A DNA stretch of 64,000 nucleotides from positions 1,520,961-1,584,960 of the forward strand of contig CAVWSQ010000001.1 of NCBI GenBank assembly GCA_963757655.1. The letters are read 5' to 3'. This stretch comes from an uncultured Acidobacteriota bacterium. Its GTDB lineage: Bacteria; Acidobacteriota; Vicinamibacteria; Vicinamibacterales; CAVVIG01. The translations under genes were made by a program, and so were the position numbers. This document shows, in pieces, positions 57,714-64,000 of this stretch. Each line of letters opens with the position of its first letter. Position 1 is the first letter of the stretch. The notes below the pieces were generated by a model. That model searched no databases, had not been told where the DNA came from, and saw only the letters and a program-made list of their open reading frames with translations.

Positions 57714-58280
57714 TCAGCGTCCCGCCAGTTGAGCCGCGATGGTCGCGGCCTTATCGGCCACCGTCTTCGCGAAGACCAGATTCTTCGTGCGGATATTTTC
57801 TTCCGCCGTCTGCACGAATCGCTTGGCCATGTCGTATTGCGTCCGGGCGTCGGTATTGAGGGCGCGATAGTCGATACGGTTGAGATCGACCGTTGCGCGC
57901 TGAAGCGAGGCCCTAATACCGCGCTCGACTTCCCCCTCCGCGGTCGCTGGCGTCGTTTGCAGCGTGATCAGCGGTTTCGGCGCTTCTTCGGCCGCCTTGG
58001 GCGGCTCGACCGGAGCCTGCTCTGGCTTGGGCGGCTCGGTTTTGGCCGGCTCCGCCTTGGCCGGCGGCGCCGGCCGCAGACGCTCGGGCGGGTTGTGCGC
58101 CGGCTCGGTCACCAGCGGCAGCGGCGGAGGCGCCTCGACTTCGGTTGGCTGAACGTCGCGCGGCGGCGGCGCCGGCATCTCGAGCGGAGGCAGCTCGAGC
58201 GCCGTTTTCGCCTGGGCGTGCGTACACCCGGCCGCCAGCGGCGCGATCAGGAACAGGAGCCACAACTTCTTTGACATCAT
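57714..58280 (-). CDS. Lipoprotein with Pro-rich linker and C-terminal helical domain
   Basis: 188 aa. Lipobox LIAPLAAGC, a (P/E/A/K)-rich spacer, and a helical C-terminus (DARTQYDMAKRFVQTAEENIRTKNLVFAKTVADKA). Last gene of the RR-HK operon (1-nt overlap with the HK stop). Confidence 0.75.
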   Translation of the reverse strand: MMSKKLWLLFLIAPLAAGCTHAQAKTALELPPLEMPAPPPRDVQPTEVEAPPPLPLVTEPAHNPPERLRPAPPAKAEPAKTEPPKPEQAPVEPPKAAEEAPKPLITLQTTPATAEGEVERGIRASLQRATVDLNRIDYRALNTDARTQYDMAKRFVQTAEENIRTKNLVFAKTVADKAATIAAQLAGR

Positions 58281-60166
58281 CAGGCCTGCGGCAGCAGCAG
58301 ACGGAACGTCGTGCCCGCGCCGGGCGTCGACTGCACTTCGATTTCACCATCATGCATCTGCACCGTCCGGTACACCATGGACAGACCGATGCCGCTGCCC
58401 TTTTCCCTGGTCGTGAAATACAGATCGAAGATGCGCTGCAGATTGGCCGGCGCGATGCCGATGCCGGTGTCGGTGAAGACCACCGCGACGCGGCGGCCGC
58501 GCGCCGACTCGCAGCGAATGCGCAGGGTACCGCCGCTCGGCATCGCCTGGCAGGCATTCAAGGCGAGGTTGAGGAACGCCTGGCGCAGCATGGCCGGATC
58601 GCCGTTGACATCGGGCGCGGCATCGCAGTCCACCGTCAGCTGCACCCGCGCGCGATCGGCCTCGGGACGCACGATCGGCACGATTTCGTCGAGCAGCGCG
58701 CGTACTGCGACTGGCTGCAGCTTCAAGTCCTCGGGCCGCGTGAACTTGAGGAAGCCCTGCACGACCTCGTCGAGGCGCCTGATCTCGTGCGCGATGACGT
58801 CGACGTGCTGAATCGCTTCGATGCGATCCATCGGCGGATCGACCACCACGGTCGCTCGCGGGTCGCCCGACGGGCCGTGGGCAGACAGCGCCCGCGCCGC
58901 CACCGACGATCCGCGCCCCAGGCCGGGCGATGGCCGCGGCGGGCTGACCTGCTGGCGCAACAGCTCGAGGTGAATCATCATCGCATTCAGCGGGTTCTTG
59001 ACTTCGTGCGCCACACCGGCCGACAGGCGGCCGAGCGCGGCGAGCTTGCGCGAGTATCGCACCGTCGATTGCACTTCGCTCAGATACTCGACGTTGCGGG
59101 CAATCAGCATCACGCCGACCAGGTCGCCCTTGGGATCGCTGATCGCGTGGGTCATCACCAGGCGTTCGCTGTCGCCGAATGGCGCCGACAGCGGCCCGCG
59201 CGACTGCCGGCTGACGAAGGTCTGCTCCGAGAGGCGTCGGAGCGGGTGCTCGGCCGGCAAAATGTCGTCGAGCGACGCCCCGGGTGAGGCATTCGGCAGC
59301 AGGGCGCGCATCGCCGGGTTCGCAAACAGCAGCTGGCCGCGCGCGCTGACGATGGCGACCGCGTCCTCCAGCTGCTCGACGGCCGACTCGAGGTTGGCCA
59401 CCTGCCCGGCCATCTGGGTGCGATCGGCCGACAGCTGCTCGCTGACCGTGTTGAAGAAGGTGCCGAGCTCGCCGAACTCGTCCCTCTGATTCAGATCGAG
59501 CTGGACGCCGAACTCGCCTTTGCCCAGCCGGGTCAGGCCACTGCGGATCACGTGGATGGGCCGCAGAAACAGCTGCGAGAGCAGCGTCGCCACCAGGACC
59601 GAGACCCCCAGCGCGGCCAGCGCCGTCACCAGCGATGGCCGCAGCGACTGACCCAGATCCTGACGAATCAGAAGCGTCGACACGCCGATGCGCGTCGATC
59701 CGATCTCGGTATCGCCCAGCAGCAGCGGCCCGCGAAACTCGAGGTTCTGCCCCTGGCTCGAATAAATCGCGAGCAGCTGCGACAGCGGCGACTGCTCGAG
59801 CAGCTTGCCCAGATCGCCGACCGGCGGCAGCGGCCGACCCTCGAGCGATCGATCGGCGTGGGCGACCGCGACGCCATGGACGTCCACCAACGCCGCGTAC
59901 ATCACGTTCTTCGAATACAGGCTCGACTCGAGAATCGAGCGCAGTCCCGGATCGGCGCGCAGCGCGGCGAGCGGGTCGGCGCCGTCGACGACCACCTGCT
60001 GCGCGCGATGGTAGATTGCGTTCGCGAGCAGTTCCGCGCGCGCGCTGCTTTCATCGAGGCTGACGCTGGCCAGCCGCGCCAGTTGCAGCACGCTGAGCAC
60101 CACCACGACGGTGACCACGATCGAGGTCACGCCGAGGACCTGCTTGCCTTTGATGCCTAAACGCAT
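58280..60166 (-). CDS. Sensor histidine kinase (TM-HAMP-PAS-HisKA-HATPase)
   Basis: ORF 58280..60235 trimmed to Met24; the upstream codons derive from the heptamer array. H-box LGRLSAGVAHEVKNPLNAM; N/G boxes LNLALNACQAM...DTGIGI...GSGIGLS. Confidence 0.9.
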   Translation of the reverse strand: MRLGIKGKQVLGVTSIVVTVVVVLSVLQLARLASVSLDESSARAELLANAIYHRAQQVVVDGADPLAALRADPGLRSILESSLYSKNVMYAALVDVHGVAVAHADRSLEGRPLPPVGDLGKLLEQSPLSQLLAIYSSQGQNLEFRGPLLLGDTEIGSTRIGVSTLLIRQDLGQSLRPSLVTALAALGVSVLVATLLSQLFLRPIHVIRSGLTRLGKGEFGVQLDLNQRDEFGELGTFFNTVSEQLSADRTQMAGQVANLESAVEQLEDAVAIVSARGQLLFANPAMRALLPNASPGASLDDILPAEHPLRRLSEQTFVSRQSRGPLSAPFGDSERLVMTHAISDPKGDLVGVMLIARNVEYLSEVQSTVRYSRKLAALGRLSAGVAHEVKNPLNAMMIHLELLRQQVSPPRPSPGLGRGSSVAARALSAHGPSGDPRATVVVDPPMDRIEAIQHVDVIAHEIRRLDEVVQGFLKFTRPEDLKLQPVAVRALLDEIVPIVRPEADRARVQLTVDCDAAPDVNGDPAMLRQAFLNLALNACQAMPSGGTLRIRCESARGRRVAVVFTDTGIGIAPANLQRIFDLYFTTREKGSGIGLSMVYRTVQMHDGEIEVQSTPGAGTTFRLLLPQA

Positions 60167-60167
60167 G

Positions 60168-60251
60168 TCATGGCTGATGGCTGAGGGCTGATGGCACCGG
60201 GACCATGGCCCCATCGACCATGAGCCATCAGCCACGAGCCGTCAGCCATGA
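60168..60251. repeat. 12 in-register heptamers forming a hairpin with a 28-bp stem (about 24/28 paired) between RR and HK genes
   Basis: TCATGGC TGATGGC TGAGGGC TGATGGC ACCGGGA CCATGGC CCCATCG ACCATGA GCCATCA GCCACGA GCCGTCA GCCATGA. The left arm (60168-60195) is complementary to the right arm (60224-60251). Confidence 0.9.
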
Positions 60252-60256
60252 ATTGC

Positions 60257-61678
60257 CTATTCCGTCTTCTTGGGCCTGAGCCTCAACTTGTTGAGCTTAT
60301 TGTGCAGCGTTTTCAGGCTGATGCCTAGAATTTCGGCGGCGCGTGTCTTGTTGTCGCGGGTGTGCGCCAGCGTCATCACAATCAGCCGCCGCTCCGCCTC
60401 CTCGACCGTCGTGCCCGGCGCCAGCGCCAGCTGCGGCTGCTGCGGTACAGGCGGCTCATCGGTCAGCGCCGGCGGGAGGTGCCTGGTCTCGATGAACGGA
60501 CCGGGCGCCAGGATCGTCGCCCGCTCGATCACGTTGCGCAGCTCGCGAACGTTGCCGGGCCAGGCGTAATGCTCCAGCATGCGCATCGCCGCCTGATCCA
60601 CGCCGGCAATCGACTTCTGGTTGCGGGTGTTGAACTCGGCAATGAACGCCTGCACGAGCAGCGGCAGGTCCTCCTTGCGCTCGCGTAGCGTCGGCAGCCG
60701 AAGCGAGAACACGTTCAGCCGGTAGTAAAGATCCTCGCGCAGCTTGCCCTGTTGGACCGCCGTCGCCGGATCGATGTTGGTCGCCGCAATCACGCGCACG
60801 TCGACGCTCTGCTCGGCGCGGCCGCCGAGACGGCGGAAACTGCGTTCCTGGAGCACGCGCAGCAGCTTGACCTGCGTTGCCGGCGTCATCTCGCCGATCT
60901 CGTCGAGAAACAGCGTGCCGCGGTCCGCCAGTTCGAAGCAGCCCTGCCGTCGATCGGCGGCGCCGGTGAACGCGCCTTTCTCGTGCCCGAAGATCTCGCT
61001 CTCGAGCAGCGTTTCCGGAATCGCCGCGCAGTTGATGGCGATGAACGGAAATCCCGCGCGCGGGCTGAGCTGGTGAATCGTCTGCGCGATCAGCTCCTTG
61101 CCGGTGCCCGATTCGCCGGTGATGAGCACCGACGCCGCGGTGGGCGCCGCCTGCTCGACCACCTGATAGATCTTGCGCATCTCCGGGCTGTTGCCGATGA
61201 GCGAGCCGAAGGTGCCGTGCTCGCGCAGCTGTCGGCGTAGCGCCTTGACCTCGCGCATCGTCTCGAGCCGCTCGACGATTTTGTCGAGCAGGATCTTCAG
61301 GCGCTGGATGTCGACCGGCTTGGTCAGGTAGTCGTAGGCGCCTTCCTTCATCGCCTCGACTGCCGTGTCGACCGTGCCCTGCGCCGTCAGCAACAGCGTC
61401 GTCACGTCGGCGCCGACCTGCGGCAGCGCGCGCAACAGGGCGAGCCCGTCCATGCGCGGCATGACCATATCCGTGATCACGATCGCGGGACGAAATGACG
61501 TGACTTTCTCGAGCGCCTCTTCTCCGTCGCTCGCGGAATCGGCTATGAAGCCCCAGCTCCTGACGAGTTGTTCCAGCCCGATTCGCGCCGACGCGTCGTC
61601 CTCGACGATCAGCACCCGCTCGGCTGCGATTTTTGGATCGGCTTCGACAATTTCGGGAGTGCCTGCTGTAATCATCAA
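60257..61678 (-). CDS. Sigma-54-dependent response regulator (NtrC family: REC-AAA+-HTH)
   Basis: 473 aa. REC domain VLIVEDDASARIGL...AIVITDMVMPRMDG; Walker A VLITGESGTGKELIA; GAFTGA present; LFLDEIGE; C-terminal HTH RAAEILGISLKTLHNKL. Confidence 0.95.
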   Translation of the reverse strand: MMITAGTPEIVEADPKIAAERVLIVEDDASARIGLEQLVRSWGFIADSASDGEEALEKVTSFRPAIVITDMVMPRMDGLALLRALPQVGADVTTLLLTAQGTVDTAVEAMKEGAYDYLTKPVDIQRLKILLDKIVERLETMREVKALRRQLREHGTFGSLIGNSPEMRKIYQVVEQAAPTAASVLITGESGTGKELIAQTIHQLSPRAGFPFIAINCAAIPETLLESEIFGHEKGAFTGAADRRQGCFELADRGTLFLDEIGEMTPATQVKLLRVLQERSFRRLGGRAEQSVDVRVIAATNIDPATAVQQGKLREDLYYRLNVFSLRLPTLRERKEDLPLLVQAFIAEFNTRNQKSIAGVDQAAMRMLEHYAWPGNVRELRNVIERATILAPGPFIETRHLPPALTDEPPVPQQPQLALAPGTTVEEAERRLIVMTLAHTRDNKTRAAEILGISLKTLHNKLNKLRLRPKKTE

Positions 61679-61769
61679 TCTTCAGCCCTCGACCATGTCA
61701 TTTTTACATTCTGGTCGCCGAGCGCAGCCGATGCAAGCAGAACGTTACATGGGTGAGACCTCAACCGTT

Positions 61770-61785
61770 TGGCGATGACTTTGCA
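61770..61785 (+). promoter_or_regulatory. Sigma-54 (-24/-12) promoter TGGCGA-TGACT-TTGCA upstream of the lipoprotein gene
   Basis: GG and GC are spaced exactly as in the consensus TGGCAC-N5-TTGCW. It lies 22 nt upstream of ATG 61807, with GGAGG at 61797-61801. The gene is divergent from a bEBP gene. Confidence 0.75.
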
Positions 61786-61806
61786 CGTTGCGGCGCGGAG
61801 GCGGAA

Positions 61807-62508
61807 ATGCGAGTGACGGTGCTCAGTGTTCTGGTGGCGGGAACCGTGCTGGTGGGGTGCAACCGATCCGAAGCGACGATTACGGGCCACGCTGTGGCAA
61901 ACCCGGTCAGTGCCGCCCGCGAACCAGACGCCGCGCCGGTGGCGAGGGCGGGCCGCAAGGCAGGGTCGGAGCCGGCGCCGGAAGGAGAAAGAGAAATCAT
62001 CATCCCGTTGGGCACTCTGCTCCGCATCACGCTCGACACCCCCGTCGGGTCCGACACGAGCCGGGTGGAAGAATCGGTCACCGCGCACCTCGCCCGACCG
62101 GTTCGCGTACAGGGACGGACGGTGCTGGCGGCCGGCACCCGCGTGAGCGGAGTCGTCACGCTCGCGACGCGATCGGGGAAGATCAAGGGCCGCGCGCACG
62201 TTGCGATGCGCTTCAATTCCCTCACGCACGGCGACGAGGAATATGCGATCCGCACCGCGGGCGTGGGACGCACGGCGCAGGGCACGAAACAGAAGGACAC
62301 ATTGGAAATCGGTGCGCCGGCGGTCGGCGGCGCCATCATCGGCGCGCTGGTCGGCGGCAAAAAGGGTGCGCTGGTTGGCACGGCGGTGGGCGGCGGCGCC
62401 GGCACCGCAGCGGTCTTGTCGACTCGCGGCAAGGAAGTCCGCATCGGCAAGGGTGCGGCGTTGACGATCCGGCTGACCGCGCCGTTGACGGTGCACGTCA
62501 GGGACTGA
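61807..62508 (+). CDS. Lipoprotein with C-terminal glycine-zipper segment
   Basis: ORF 61753..62508 trimmed to Met19. MRVTVLSVLVAGTVLVGCN lipobox; IIIPLGTLLRITLDTPVGSDTSRV...; glycine zipper IGAPAVGGAIIGALVGGKKGALVGTAVGGGAGTAAV. Confidence 0.75.
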   Translation: MRVTVLSVLVAGTVLVGCNRSEATITGHAVANPVSAAREPDAAPVARAGRKAGSEPAPEGEREIIIPLGTLLRITLDTPVGSDTSRVEESVTAHLARPVRVQGRTVLAAGTRVSGVVTLATRSGKIKGRAHVAMRFNSLTHGDEEYAIRTAGVGRTAQGTKQKDTLEIGAPAVGGAIIGALVGGKKGALVGTAVGGGAGTAAVLSTRGKEVRIGKGAALTIRLTAPLTVHVRD

Positions 62509-62705
62509 GGGAGGCTGCAGTCAGGGCCGAGGGCTCGAGCGTCAGAGATCTAGGGTCAGGGATCAGGGCTGACGTCGATGGCTATGGTCAACGGCTTGTG
62601 GCACGATCGCGGCGTTGAACGATCAACTTCCTTCCAACAACGGGAACCGCTACGGCCCATCCGACCATAGCCCTCAGCCCTCCGCCCCTCGCCGTGACCC
62701 TGGCG
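62498..62705. repeat. Two opposed heptamer-type arms (TCAGGG/TGAGGG/CGAGGG units versus CCCTCAG CCCTCCG CCCCTCG CCGTGAC CCTGGCG)
   Basis: The left arm (62498-62590) has some phase slips. The right arm (62671-62705) is in perfect register. The unit vocabulary is the same as at 25528 and 60168. Confidence 0.7.
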
Positions 62706-63412
62706 GCCCGCCGCCGCTCGCGGCGCGCGCGGTGGCGGTGATCGAGGTACTGCTCTGTTCCGATGTGGTCACACAACTGGCGATCGGCGGGACGCTCACC
62801 GCGCTCGGGTACAAAGCGAAAACGCCTGGCGGCCAGCTCAGCATCGGCTACATCGTCGCGCTGTCACTGGGCGATGCGGTGCTGCTGATTGGCCTCATCC
62901 TGGCGCTGCTCTACGCGCACGGCGAGCAGCCCGGCGATGTTTTCTTCGGCCGGCGACCGGTTTTCTCGGAGGCGGTTTTCGGTCTCTGGCTGATTCCGCT
63001 CGCGTTCGGCGTCGCGGCCGCGGTGATCCTCACGGTCCGCCGATTCGTGCCGTCGCTGCACAACGTCGAACACAATCCGTTGCAGGGATTGCTGGGATCG
63101 CCGCGCGACGCGTGGTGGTTCGCGCTCGTGGTCGTCGTCGCTGGCGGCGTGCGCGAAGAAATCCAGCGCGCATTTCTGCTGCACCGCTTCGATGTGTGGC
63201 TGGGTGGCCGCATGACGGGCCTGATCGTGACGAGCGTCGCATTCGGCGCCGGTCACTTCGACGTGCAGGGCATCGACGCCGGCATCGCCACCGGCCTGCT
63301 CGGACTGTTCTGGGGCGTGGTGTATCTGCGGCGGCGATCGGCCGTCGCACCAATGGTCAGCCACGCCGGATTCGACCTGTTGCAGATCGTGCCGTTCCTC
63401 GGGCTGACGTGA
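62615..63412 (+). CDS. CPBP family intramembrane glutamic endopeptidase (CAAX protease/Abi-like)
   Basis: GVREEIQRAFLLHRF (EExxxR), SVAFGAGHF (FxxxH) and VSHAGFDLL (HxxxD/N). The true start is probably downstream (GTG 62732 or 62738), because codons 1-35 are the heptamer arm. Confidence 0.8.
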   Translation: MNDQLPSNNGNRYGPSDHSPQPSAPRRDPGGPPPLAARAVAVIEVLLCSDVVTQLAIGGTLTALGYKAKTPGGQLSIGYIVALSLGDAVLLIGLILALLYAHGEQPGDVFFGRRPVFSEAVFGLWLIPLAFGVAAAVILTVRRFVPSLHNVEHNPLQGLLGSPRDAWWFALVVVVAGGVREEIQRAFLLHRFDVWLGGRMTGLIVTSVAFGAGHFDVQGIDAGIATGLLGLFWGVVYLRRRSAVAPMVSHAGFDLLQIVPFLGLT

Positions 63413-63447
63413 CCGGACGCGGCATCGCGGCTCGGCCCGCAGCCTCG

Positions 63448-63939
63448 TCAGCGTCCGGCGAGGTAGAGATCGATCACCTCACCCCGACGCCGCAGGCCGG
63501 TCACCCATTCCTTGACGGCGGCGACGCGCTGGTCCGCTGATGTGCTGAATCGCTGATCGAGATACGCCTGCATGCGCAGATCCTGGCGCAGCGTCTCGCG
63601 CAGGTGGCGCTCATCGATTCCCGAACGCGCCAGGGCGGCGTCGAACGCAGACGGCGACGGGAAGCGCCGCCGCACCTTCTCGACCTCGCGGTCCACGGCG
63701 TCGGCGGTCGGCTCGGCCGGGGCATAGCGATCGACTTCCGCCAGGACTAGCTCGCGATCGATCAGTTTGTCGAGGACGGCGCGCACCGGATCGGTGGCGT
63801 TGCCAGGCGTCTGCAGCCCCAGGTCGGTCGCCGCCGCCACGTCGCTCAAGGTGATCAACTGTCCGGCGACCAGGGCGAGCACACGGTCGATGGTCTCGGC
63901 GCGCGCACCGTTCACCGCGAGCGCGCAGACGACCAGCAT
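63448..63939 (-). CDS. SurA N-terminal domain-like periplasmic chaperone
   Basis: ORF 63448..63999 trimmed to Met21. Signal peptide MLVVCALAVNGARA; DRVLALVAGQLITLSDV...LDKLIDRELVLAEV...; no PPIase domain. Assignment is moderate. Confidence 0.6.
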   Translation of the reverse strand: MLVVCALAVNGARAETIDRVLALVAGQLITLSDVAAATDLGLQTPGNATDPVRAVLDKLIDRELVLAEVDRYAPAEPTADAVDREVEKVRRRFPSPSAFDAALARSGIDERHLRETLRQDLRMQAYLDQRFSTSADQRVAAVKEWVTGLRRRGEVIDLYLAGR

Positions 63940-63962
63940 CAATCCGACGCGACCGGTGCCGC

Positions 63963-63997
63963 CACTCGGCACTCTGCACTCTGCACTCTGCACTCTC
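63963..63997. repeat. Heptamer array CACTCGG CACTCTG x3 CACTCTC (CAGAGTG on the minus strand) upstream of the SurA-like gene; may continue beyond the window
   Basis: Read directly. Same unit as the first unit of the clpX-lon array (CAGAGTG). Confidence 0.85.
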
Positions 63998-64000
63998 ATC

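Overview
64-kb high-GC bacterial chromosomal segment. The gene content (PadR plus ADOP-type duplicated FtsX permease, a BlaI/BlaR1-like pair, several sigma-54 components, REP hairpins that translate as SGFSRT/RLKPDTT) suggests an Acidobacteriota-like soil bacterium; this is inference. Layout: (i) 1-20.7 kb, minus strand: one very compact operon of about 19 glycan/exopolysaccharide genes. It holds at least 8 glycosyltransferases, 5 methyltransferase-like genes, a dehydrogenase/aminotransferase pair of the WbpB/WbpE type, a CE4 deacetylase, an AsnB-type amidotransferase and a Wza-like exporter. It is headed by a sigma-54-activator-like protein whose ATPase and sigma-54-contact motifs are degenerate, and preceded by a 320-bp AT-rich control region. 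(ii) 21-23.2 kb: ECF sigma/anti-sigma module, a Dam-methylase remnant and tRNA-Leu(UAG). (iii) 23.5-33.5 kb: housekeeping block tig-clpP-clpX-lon-engB-rho, a GT-C-like membrane protein and rpmE. (iv) 33.5-37.4 kb: MrfA/MrfB-like helicase-exonuclease pair. (v) 37.6-54.4 kb: transporters, SDR, DUF547, hydrolase, BlaI/BlaR1-like pair with an unusual repeat-rich sensor, DAACS symporter, PadR-ADOP, DinB, amidohydrolase, PNPOx. (vi) 54.6-64 kb: class II ribonucleotide reductase nrdJ, an NtrC-type two-component operon, a divergent sigma-54-promoter-driven lipoprotein plus CPBP protease, and a SurA-like chaperone. I saw no transposase, integrase, prophage, CRISPR array or rRNA. The most unusual sequence-level signal is that many intergenic spacers consist of degenerate 7-nt tandem units kept in register, usually arranged as two reverse-complementary arms that directly abut start codons. 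A second class of GC-rich REP hairpins with TGAA loops also occurs. CDS coordinates follow the ORF track, with starts trimmed where 4-nt start/stop overlaps or family N-termini support it. All functional calls come from motif recognition by eye, not from database searches.
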